Source: Eledone cirrhosa
Lineage: Eukaryota
Length of the DNA: 64,000 bases
Assembly (NCBI GenBank): GCA_964016885.1
Contig: OZ024740.1
Location: forward strand, 369,210,001-369,274,000
Direction of reading: 5' to 3'
Made by a program: the position numbers and the translations under genes. The notes below the pieces were generated by a model, which was given only the letters and a program-made list of their open reading frames with translations, was not told the origin of the DNA and made no database searches. Numbering within the stretch: position 1 is the stretch's first letter; each line of letters opens with the position of its first letter. Of the stretch, positions 27,711 to 38,446 are shown one piece after another.

Positions 27711-29086
27711 AATTCCATATATGGTCAAAGTGATTGTCAAAAATCAGTAGTAATTCTGTGGTTGCAAATTAGTAGGGGAGATGGTGGCTAAACCTGCCAG
27801 TAGGAGAAAGAGGGGAAGGGGTGGAGTCGACCCAATCAAGCGTTTGTAGTGCCAGCTACAGCTGGGCATGAGGTCAAAGAAGATACAGGGGAGGGGGAGG
27901 GGAAGGAAGTCGGAACGGTAGGTAGAACAATGGGGGGTAGAAATATATAGGAAAGAAAAAATACTGAGAGTGAAGAAAAGCAAATAAGTGTAAAGAAACA
28001 CAAAAGAGTGTAAAGAAAAAAGTAAAGTAAATTAAATTCTACGACCTAGGTCTCTAGATATTGTTAGGCTAGAATAAATAAATAAATAAAGAAAGAAAGA
28101 AGTAAAGAAAGAAATAAAGAAATAACGAAATAAGTAAAAGAACTAGGTGGGACGGATAAGGCGAGGACCCTTTTAAGAGGTATAAGTACGTAAATGATAC
28201 GGTGACGGGTCAACAAAAGGGGCCAAAATACTAAAGAGACTACCACGAAATAAACAATAAAGGTTTCCATCCCGGGCACAATTCCAGCAACCACCCAGTG
28301 CAGCAAAGTGAACTAATACGAGATAATAATTCAGAGTCCCGAGAAAAATATATACTAAAGCTAACTCTAAAAGATCTAAAACAAGCTACATGAAAGTTCG
28401 TGCGAAGTAAAGGTGGAAAAATAAATTCAGAATCCACCCCGCCCAAAAGAAAAGCGAAGAAAGAAATGCTGAAACGAAAAAATAAGGCATAAGTGCCACT
28501 AAGAAATATAGAGGGCACAGAGAATAGTGGGAGCGGTCGGAAAAAGGGGACAAGTATCCGGGGTCTAAACCAACTGCTATAAAGGGCGGAGTCCGCCAAA
28601 TCTATCCTAGACTAGGGGAGGGGGTGGGGGTACTAAGGCTACAAGGGGCAAAGGGCAGCCTCGGGTGGGCGAGAAAAGACGCCGACAAAGGAGAAGAGCT
28701 GGGGTAGAAGGACTAAGGAGAGAGGGGGGAAGGAAGGAAATAAAGGAAGCGATAAAAGAATACAAAGAAGATCTTACGTCTCCCTTGGCAAGCAGGGGTT
28801 ACCCATAGCAAAATCGGCAAGTGGGGTGTTATAGCCTTGGTCTACCCCCCCGGGTCATTATGGGGTTTGAGGGCGAGGTATGTCCTACGCAATCTATGTT
28901 TACATGCAGTAACCAGTTCATCTTTCTTGTTTAGGAGTTGGTCCGTCGAAAACAGCATTTGTAAAGTTTCCTCGGAGCATAAATTGCACGGACGGCGTCC
29001 TCCCGTGTAAGAATTGGCTCTGGACAGTAATCTCCAATCAGAATTACTACTGATTTTTGACAATCACTTTGACCATATATGGAATT

Positions 29087-29180
29087 ACCCCTTGAGAAGA
29101 TCGGCTATTTAAATACCAGGATAAATGTTCATTTAGTCCAGAATTAGCCGTCGAAACGGATAGAGCTCAGCTGTCGGGGT
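29087..29180 (+). ncRNA. Type-I hammerhead ribozyme, U3-A8 core variant (5' pLTR, family A; helix III has two substitutions)
   Basis: acccc / UUGAGAA / ga(t)cggcta...tagccgtc / GAAA / helix III / GUC / ggggt. Confidence 0.72.
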
Positions 29181-29365
29181 CTTACTGGTTCCTATTACCC
29201 ACTCTACTACCTCAAGTATTGAGTACTTTGTTGCGTTATGGTCCACCTGGTTCCTTACCACATTTTCTTCGTTATCTAGCTCCTACCCCCGTAGTAGAGC
29301 ACTTTCCGACCCTACCACGCCGTATCCAGACTTTTCCGCTCAGCTCAATTCATTTCACCCGCACC

Positions 29366-31513
29366 ATGCGAAAACACAACATTGACTTCTCTACCAAGAA
29401 CATCCCAATCCCACCGAAAAAACTTTACCTTCGGAGGCTCACGCAAAAAATCGATCTATTTGCGAAAAGACTTAGATGGAGAACTTTTTTCTATGACAGA
29501 TATTGCGACAACCAAGACTTCGGCACCAAGGAGAGATTCGGATTTATTACCTACAAATCTCCGCCCCTGAACCCCTTGCTCGCACCCTTCGAGAATGACC
29601 TCTTCCAACTGGTCAAGAACATTAAATTTAAACCCAGACACAACCGATTCCTACAAAAACTCCGTAGCAACCTAACAGAGTATGATAACACACATGACAT
29701 CATGGTGCATTCGGATAAAACTGGGAACCTATACTTTGTCAACCCTGACAGATACCACACACTGATCAGGAGCAGCCTAAACTCCACCTATAAAAAGGCC
29801 AACCACTCTTACATCGAGGACATAAATCGAGATGGACAACAAATTACCTGCAGCCTCGGGGTCGCCGACCGCACGGAACTTCTAGACCCACGGACACCAT
29901 ACTTCACACTGAAGGACCATAAATCCGATTTAGACCGTAAACCCTCTATCAGGCTTATTAACCCAACGAAGTCCGACATAGGGAGAATCAGCAAAAAAAT
30001 CCTAGACCGCGTGATACCAAAAGTCAAGCAACACACCCGACTTAGCCTATGGATCAACACCCAGGAAGTAATCTCCTGGTTCAGCAATATGGAGGATAAA
30101 CGAGAAACTAAATTCATACAGTTCGACATAGAGAGCTACTATGCTTCAATCACCTTACCGCTACTTACTGCCGCCTTGGACTTCGCCGAAACACTTGTGC
30201 CCATTACTGACCAGGAAAGAAAAATCATCCTCCACGCCAGGAAGACAGTCTTACTCTTTGACGACTCTAAATGGATAAAAAGAGCTCCCGACTCACCCTT
30301 CGACATCAGCATGGGCGCCACGGATTCGGCGGAGGTCACAGATCTTATAGGATTATTCCTAATAGCCAAACTCACTGATATGTTTCCTGCATTCGGTGGT
30401 GGATTGTACCGTGATGATGGGCTCCTTATCCTTAAAGGGTACAACCCCAGTAGTAGGGATCGGGTCCGGAAACAATTAATCAGATTCTTCCGCGACTTAT
30501 TTAAAATAACCCTACAAACGTCCCTGACCAGAGTAAACTTCCTGGACGTGACCCTCGACATCGAAAACGACCTGTACTACCCATACAGGAAACCTAATGA
30601 CAATCTGCACTACATCCACCGCCGATCAAACCATCCTAGGAACTTCACAAACAACCTGGTCAAAAACATCTCCCTCCGCATATCCCGTTTGTCAGCTAAT
30701 GAGCGGATATTCGATGAACATGCGCCTTATTACAACCAGGCCCTCAAGCGGAGTGGTTTCCGGGAGGAAATATCCTACTGTCCAGCTCCCATTAGCGGAA
30801 CCAGCAGGAGACACCGCCGCTCACGCAATGTAACATGGTTCAATCCTCCCCACAACGCAGAGGTGACAACTCCCATCGGGAAACTATTCTTTAGGCTCAT
30901 TGAAAAACACTTCCCATTACAACACCGCTACCACAACATAATTAACAAAAATACCATCAAACTCTCTTACAGCACTACACCAAACTTCGCACAAAACATC
31001 GTCTCCTCTAACAACAAAAAACTCAACCCCGATGGCAGAAATAACCTAAATAGCAGTGGAGAACCGACCAGGAGGTGTAACTGCCCGGATAGATCTATTT
31101 GCCCACTCGACAATAGATGCAGAGACCGTAATGTGATCTACCAGTGCAACGTGAGGACGGATACCTCCAACAAAGCCTATATAGGACTTACCGCATGTGA
31201 CTTCAAGACCCGGCTACACCAACATAGACATACCTCCCGAAACCCGGCCCGACGTCACGCCACTACACTTTCGGGCCACATATGGGACCTCAAGGACAAC
31301 ATCACCTATGATCTCACTTGGAGATTACTGTCCAGAGCCAATTCTTACACGGGAGGACGCCGTCCGTGCAATTTATGCTCGGAGGAAACTTTACAAATGC
31401 TGTTTTCGACGGACCAACTCCTAAACAAGAAAGATGAACTGGTTACTGCATGTAAACATAGATTGCGTAGGACATACCTCGCCCTCAAACCCCATAATGA
31501 CCCGGGGGGGTAG
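29366..31513 (+). CDS. PLE reverse transcriptase / C-terminal GIY-YIG endonuclease, 715 aa from the first ATG, apparently intact
   Basis: RT motifs DKT (Naiad-type, replacing DKG), FDIESYY, MGATDSAEVTDL, YRDD, FLDV. Linker CNCPDRSIC. VIY...YIG and CNLC in the GIY-YIG domain. Confidence 0.93.
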   Translation: MRKHNIDFSTKNIPIPPKKLYLRRLTQKIDLFAKRLRWRTFFYDRYCDNQDFGTKERFGFITYKSPPLNPLLAPFENDLFQLVKNIKFKPRHNRFLQKLRSNLTEYDNTHDIMVHSDKTGNLYFVNPDRYHTLIRSSLNSTYKKANHSYIEDINRDGQQITCSLGVADRTELLDPRTPYFTLKDHKSDLDRKPSIRLINPTKSDIGRISKKILDRVIPKVKQHTRLSLWINTQEVISWFSNMEDKRETKFIQFDIESYYASITLPLLTAALDFAETLVPITDQERKIILHARKTVLLFDDSKWIKRAPDSPFDISMGATDSAEVTDLIGLFLIAKLTDMFPAFGGGLYRDDGLLILKGYNPSSRDRVRKQLIRFFRDLFKITLQTSLTRVNFLDVTLDIENDLYYPYRKPNDNLHYIHRRSNHPRNFTNNLVKNISLRISRLSANERIFDEHAPYYNQALKRSGFREEISYCPAPISGTSRRHRRSRNVTWFNPPHNAEVTTPIGKLFFRLIEKHFPLQHRYHNIINKNTIKLSYSTTPNFAQNIVSSNNKKLNPDGRNNLNSSGEPTRRCNCPDRSICPLDNRCRDRNVIYQCNVRTDTSNKAYIGLTACDFKTRLHQHRHTSRNPARRHATTLSGHIWDLKDNITYDLTWRLLSRANSYTGGRRPCNLCSEETLQMLFSTDQLLNKKDELVTACKHRLRRTYLALKPHNDPGG

Positions 31514-32642
31514 ACCAGGGCTATAACACCCCACTTGCCGATTTTGCTATGGGTAACCCCTGCTTGCCAAGGGAGACGTAAGATCTTCTTTGTATTTTTT
31601 ATCGCTTCCTTTATTTCCTTCCTTCCCCCTCTCTCCTTAGTCCTTCTACCCCAGCTCTTCTCCTTTGTCGGCGTCTTTTCTCGCCCACCCGAGGCTGCCC
31701 TTTGCCCCTTGTAGCCTTAGTACCCCCACCCCCTCCCCTAGTCTAGGATAGATTTGGCGGACTCCGCCCTTTATAGCAGTTGGTTTAGACCCCGGATACT
31801 TGTCCCCTTTTTCCGACCGCTCCCACTATTCTCTGTGCCCTCTATATTTCTTAGTGGCACTTATGCCTTATTTTTTCGTTTCAGTATTTCTTTCTTCGCT
31901 TTTCTTTTGGGCGGGGTGGATTCTGAATTTATTTTTCCACCTTTACTTCGTACGAACTTTCATGTAGCTTGTTTTAGATCTTTTAGAGTTAGCTTTAGTA
32001 TATATTTTTCTCGGGACTCTGAATTATTATCTCGTATTAGTTCACTTTGCTGCACTGGGTGGTTGCTGGAATTGTGCCCGGGATGGAAACCTTTATTGTT
32101 TATTTCGTGGTAGTCTCTTTAGTATTTTGGCCCCTTTTGTTGACCCGTCACCGTATCGTTTACGTACTTATACCTCTTAAAAGGGTCCTCGCCTTATCCG
32201 TCCCACCTAGTTCTTTTACTTATTTCGTTATTTCTTTATTTCTTTCTTTACTTCTTTCTTTCTTTATTTATTTATTTATTCTAGCCTAACAATATCTAGA
32301 GACCTAGGTCGTAGAATTTAATTTACTTTACTTTTTTCTTTACACTCTTTTGTTTTTCTTTACACTTATATGCTTTTCTTCACTCTCAGTATTTTTTCTT
32401 TCTTATATATTTCTACCCCCCATTGTTCTACCTACCGTTCCGACTCCCCCCCCCTCCCCCTCCCCTGTATCTTCTTTGACCTCATGCCCAGCTGTAGCTG
32501 GCACTACAAACGCTTGATTGGGTCGACTCCACCCCTTCCCCTCTTTCTCCTACTGGCAGGTTTAGCCACCATCTCCCCTACTAATTTGCAACCACAGAAT
32601 TACTACTGATTTTTGACAATCACTTTGACCATATATGGAATT

Positions 32643-32736
32643 ACCCCTTGAGAAGATCGGCTATTTAAATACCAGGATAAATTTTCATTTAGTCCAAAAT
32701 TAGCCGTCGAAACGGCTTGAGCTCAGCTGTCGGGGT
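32643..32736 (+). ncRNA. Type-I hammerhead ribozyme, U3-A8 variant (3' pLTR, family A)
   Basis: Helix I acccc/ggggt; core TTGAGAA; helix II gatcggcta/tagccgtc; GAAA; helix III acggc-ttgagctca-gctgt; cleavage triplet GUC. Confidence 0.8.
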
Positions 32737-32746
32737 CTTACTGGTT

Positions 32747-32840
<94 letters not shown>

Positions 32841-33148
32841 TGATTGTGTATTTATATGTATGTCTATGTATATTTATATATATATATATAATTATATATG
32901 TGTGTTTGTGTGTGTGTGTATGTGTGTATGTGTGTATATATGTGTGTATGTGTGTTCATATACTTATTTATTTATTATATTTTTGTTTTCAAATCCAAAT
33001 TCAATAAAAACAGCAGGATTCTTTCATTCTGACTAATGAAAGCAGATTTGTTTGCTTCCTAGAAACCACTGATAAATGAAATAATTATCTTATGTTGTTT
33101 ATTACATAACTATATATATAAAAGAAGCTGTCGCGCTACAGGCTGAAT

Positions 33149-33660
33149 ACAATAAATGTAATCTGAGTTTTTCGAATATAAATAATAACTTTCGATTCAT
33201 TTGCAATGATGTAAACAAGCCTCAATTTTATAGCCATGTCAGATTACATTTATTGTTTTCAGGCATGTAGAGCGAAATTTTCTTTTTTATTTCAATTTGG
33301 CAAAGCCGGCCATTTTTCGCTCGTATACAGGAAACTGACTGGCCGGTCTGCTGATATGCAAATCTTACTGATCAGTGGATTTGCTACTATGCAAATCAGA
33401 CCGATCAGTCACTGTGTATTTTCGAAAATAGCATATATTTGCACTAGCTCTGACAGTTTGGCAGGTGAACAATGAGCTGTACTAATAAAGGGTAATACCT
33501 AGAAACATTCGTGTCTGCAGTTCTGTTTGCATGCCAACACAGGAGCAAGGATGTAGTGTTGATTCTACTGACATGGCTATACAATTGAGGCTTGTTTGCA
33601 TAATTGCAAACGAATCGAATTTTATTATTAATATTCGAAAAACTCAGATTACATTTATTA
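33149..33660. mobile_element. MITE-like element with ~95-bp imperfect terminal inverted repeats
   Basis: aataaatgtaatctgagtttttcgaatat...gccatgtcag / ctgacatggc...atattcgaaaaactcagattacatttatt, TA-flanked. Confidence 0.7.
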
Positions 33661-33701
33661 TATATATATATATATATTTACGTATATAATTGGTGACTTA
33701 G

Positions 33702-33745
<44 letters not shown>

Positions 33746-35098
33746 TTTCTCTTCTCACTCTCTATGTTTCTATTTCATCTTTTACTTTTCTTTCTGTATA
33801 CTGATGAAGGTCTAGTGTCCGAAACGTAAACATTCTTTTCCTAATATATCACGGATTAAACTAATATAGTACTTCATTTACTGTTATGTTCCCTTACATG
33901 TTTCCATTTTTTTGTATAGCCACATCACACAGACATACACGCACGCAAACACAAATGTGTGCATGATAAGCCCAAAATCCACTATATAATATATATAAAG
34001 GGACTCTATGCACATTATATATAAATTACGAGATTCTACACACATTTTCTTGACCACAAATGTACCTCATTATGCCAGTCAAGATGTGATTGCGAAACTA
34101 CCATTTGAAACCATGACTATTCTTGAATCTATCCCTCTCAGCTTCTGTGTGTAGGTGTAAGCTTGTGTTAAACGGTGAAAAGTAAATCTCCTCCAATCGT
34201 CAACGATAACCTGTATCAAATTGAAATGTATTGCGAGGCGAAATGATCAACTAAAATGTTTTTGTGTCCCAGCATGGCCTCAGCCCAATAATTGAAACCA
34301 GCAAAGGATGGAAAATAAAATGTATATTTTAATATATCAAAGATTTTATTTATATATTCCGCTGTCTGTATGTCTATCTCTTTGAACATCTCTTTTCAAT
34401 TTATCTAATATTTTCCGGGTGTTGTTTTTTTATTATTTGTTCGATATACTACTATCTGACCATAGGTATCCCGCTGTGCCTATGTGTTTTCCCGTTATTT
34501 TTCAATCTATTTCGGTGAATCTACTAACCTAGTTACACATCTACCAACATGATAAAAGGTATTTGTTGATTATATTTATTTTGTCGTCGCTGATATTTCC
34601 AACCTCTAGGTTAATTATTGATTGACGTTATGTTTCGCTCGCTTTACACCATCATCTGGCATTGTGGTTGCTTTTAGCCGAGTCAAAGGCACTGCAATTA
34701 TTTGAGACGAATCACTGGTTTTAATCTGCTGTCACTATTCCTCATATATATCGCGGAACCCAGAAAATGTACTGCAGAATGTCGTAAAATATAGAGAAAA
34801 CAGTTATGGTATACGTAAGACATGACAAGGAAATCCATACGTTATGAATGCGCATAACATAATCAGAGCTAATGCTCCAAATATTCTCCCACACAAGTGC
34901 CCGGATTTGAATTTTATTTATACATTACGGAGGATGAAAGATTAAGTTTCATGATTGACGAGGAAAGAAAAGGAATCTTTCAACGTATAAGGCGTCAATC
35001 CTTCATCGGAATGCGTAAGGTTAAGAGAAAGATTGTCTTGAAGAAAACATTTATATATACATACATACTTACATACATGCATACATACGTACATACAT

Positions 35099-35179
<81 letters not shown>

Positions 35180-35310
35180 AGAGTATTGAAGTTTGCTTGA
35201 AGCATTGTGGAACAATAAGTAAATATCTGTAAGTCGTTTGGAAGCCTCGACAATGCAAATGGGTAAATCTCCGGGTAACAAGGTCCGGTGGTGGAGAGAG
35301 AGATGTAAGT

Positions 35311-36198
35311 GGGTGTACGTTGAGATGCGTGGTGTGTATAATATGTGTGAGATGTGTAGAATGAAGGGAAGAGTATAAAGGATAAACATAAGAATAACAA
35401 CACAAGAGAGAGTTACCTTGGGAGAGATTTATATATATATAATGACATTATTTATAGTTATATATACACTATATAGAACTATAAACAGGAAAGGTCAGTA
35501 ATTCATTACTACCTTATTACCAGTAAGAGAATAGCTCAGTGTAAATACATGAGATGTTTTACAGAGCCGGAATATAAATTACACAATAATCAAAGCTATG
35601 TTTAAATCATTATATTGCAGACAATCGTTTCTTCCAAACTATCGTTTGGAATCTTCGGAGCAGAAGCAATGTTTGTACATATAATCAACCTCCTATTCAA
35701 CTGAACAATCATATAGATACATCGTTATTAATGTTGTAAACAACAGTTTCGTAAATACGAAACTGTTGTTTACAACATTAATAACGATGTATCTATATGA
35801 TTGTTCAGTTGAATAGGAGGTTAATTATATGTACAAACATTGCTTCTGCTCCGAAGATTCCAAACGATAGTTTGGAAGAAACGAGGGTCTGCAATATAAG
35901 GATTTAAACATAGCTTTGATTACTGTGTAATTTATATTCCGGCTCTGTAAAACATCTCATGTATTTACACTGAGCTATTCTCTTACTTGTAATAAGGTAG
36001 TAAAGAATGACTGACCTTTCCTGTTTATAGTTCTATAAAGTGTATATATAACTATAAATAATGTTATTATATATATATAAATCTCTCCCAAGGTAACTCT
36101 CTCTTGTATTGTTATTCTTATGTTTATCCTTTATACTCTTCCCTTCATTCTACACATGTCACACATCTTATACACACCACGCATCTCAACGTACACCC
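35311..36198. repeat. 888-bp near-perfect palindrome with a 2-nt centre, part of a repeat starting at ~35178
   Basis: gtttcgta-aa-tacgaaac centred at 35754/35755. The outer ends gggtgtacgttgagatgc / gcatctcaacgtacaccc are equidistant from the centre. Confidence 0.92.
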
Positions 36199-36200
36199 CC

Positions 36201-38120
36201 AGAGTGGAATTGATGCGAGATTGATTTCAAGAGAATTGTACAATAATTAAAATTAAAAATTAAAAATTAAAAATTGAAAAGGCACAGAGTGGGATGCTTG
36301 CGACAGAGATTGCAAGGGAATAGTATAACAATTAAAGAGTCATTAAGGTAGAAGGTTACTCGGAAAACGAGGACACTAGAAGTACATATGCAAGCGCAAA
36401 GAGAGTGCAAATGCATGAGACATATACAGGAAGGAAACAAGCAATGGTACTAGGCATATATAATTTCTGCAAGGCAAAGGTATCACATAAAATAACGTAT
36501 GTTTACAAGCATATGAAGCAGTCAAAGCTGTCTTTGTATTAAAATTATGGGTTTTTGTATTAACATTATGGAATTTTGAAAGTGTGGAGATGCATCTCCA
36601 CACTTTCAAAATCGCAATCTCGCCAACTCCACTTCTTTATCTAGCTACATACACTCTCTAAAAACTAGGATAGACCATATACACTTCAATGGGGGAGAGT
36701 AGATAGGGCCGCATCATATAAACAACCAAATGAATTATGTAACCTCTGTCTTCTAGAGACCAGAACAATAATCTATTCTAAGCTAGACCTCCTAAATAGA
36801 AAACCAGACGTTTTATCGATGACCCATCACTACTACTGACACTCTTTCCATAGCTTTAAACCTAGGTGCTAATGTATAACAATGTCAGATCTGAATTCCT
36901 CACCACCATTAACACTTCACCTCTAGGTCTTATCAGCATATAAGTACCCCCACAGCATCACACTCTATGATCAGCTCATTACTCTACCTAACTCCTTTTT
37001 ATCTCAAACTTTATACTCTACAATAACTATTAGGAATAAACATAAAGCTAACACCATTTAATGTAACCACTATAGCTTGCTTATATTATATTTAATAATG
37101 GATAGATAATAATAATATGATGAGACACTTAATGTAGTATAGGAAAATAAATTATATTTATAATTAAATATATTAATTAATAGCATTATATATATATATG
37201 GGATTCACTTATAACATAATATAATGTATATTAATAGCACAACAGATTTAACAAATTGGACCTGTAAACAACTATACATTTCTTCCTATAGCTTTATTAT
37301 ACTTTATTCAGTAATGGATAGAAATCAATATAATGAGACCTTTAATGTATTATAGGAAAGTAGATTGTATTTAAAATTAAATATAAACAAGTAGCATTAT
37401 ATAAAAGGGATTCACTTATAACACAATATAATGTATATCAACACCATAATTGGAGCTGTAAACAACTTTACATTTTTCTAGCTTCTTATATCATTTACAA
37501 TGTAATTCGCTAGTTACCTTCCCTTTCATATTAGCTCCCCTTAATATAAATCAAACTCATTTCCGGAAATTAAACCTTTAGAAGAATCACTCCACAGCAA
37601 CTCGAACCCCGGATAGCAATATAATAGGACCGCTGTACAATCCATGGCTGTGACTGATTAAAACATTCATTAAGCTAAAACATAGCCAATGCGATAGCAA
37701 TAAAATTGATACTCTCATCACATATACATTTCAACATTACAGAAACAACAGTCACACGGCATCCACCATAAACCCATAATGTTAATACAAAAACAGCTTT
37801 GCCTGCTTGATATGCTTGTAAACATATGTTATTTTATGTGATACCTTTGCCTTGCAGAAATTATATATGCCTAGTAACATTGCCTGTTTCCTTCCTGTAT
37901 ATGCCTTATGCATTTGAACTCTCTTTACGCTTGCATATGTACTGCTAGTGTCCTCGTTTTACGAGTAACTTTCCACCTTAATGCCTCTTTAATTGTTATA
38001 CTATTCCCTTGTAATCTCTGTCGCATGCATCCCACTCTGTGCCTTTTTAATTTTTAATTTTTAATTTTTAATTTTAATTATTTTAATTCTCTTGAAATCT
38101 ATGCCGCATCCATTCCACTC
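36201..38120 (+). mobile_element. 5'-truncated Naiad PLE, family C, with inverted arm
   Basis: 36201-36553 is the reverse complement of ~37769-38120. ~36590-36835 translates with frameshifts to NRNLANSTSLSSYIHSLK...YTLQW...ELCNLCLLET...LLNRK, homologous to the GIY-YIG C-terminus. Confidence 0.75.
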
Positions 38121-38396
38121 ATATATATATCTATATATATGATTTTCTTTTGAAATTAACGCCAACCAAATTTCCCACACGAGGCGTAGGTCAACTCTGG
38201 AATATAGTGGAAAACATTTGGCCTAAAATCCATACACCAAGAACCACGTGGTTGATAAGCAAATTCCTTAACTGGACAACATGTTCGGAGATATAAATAA
38301 ACACACTTACTCTTCATATATTTATATAAATACATATATATGTGTGTGGGGGGTGTATATGTGTGTGTGTGTGTGTGTGTGTCTGTGTGTGTCTGT

Positions 38397-38446
<50 letters not shown>

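Larger units (their letters stand above)
27523..32750 (+). mobile_element. Penelope-like element (Naiad clade), family A: inverted 3' arm (27523-29037, minus) plus full-length arm (29039-32750, plus), both ends in (TA)n
   Basis: 27523-29037 is the reverse complement of the element 3' part. 29039-29194 is directly repeated at 32595-32750 (pseudo-LTR; unit ~3556 bp). Confidence 0.93.

Noticed and set aside
29366-31513. Selenoprotein-type Naiad (in-frame UGA)
   Set aside because: The ORF has no internal TGA, and the Cys motifs are encoded by ordinary Cys codons.
31754-32609. Hydrophobic ORFs repeated in the PLE 3' UTR copies
   Set aside because: Arise from a pyrimidine-rich UTR; frames differ between the 32-kb and 54-kb copies.
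33795-33835. CTGATGA...GAAACGTA hammerhead-like motif
   Set aside because: Helix I does not pair and helix II is poor; at most a decayed relic.
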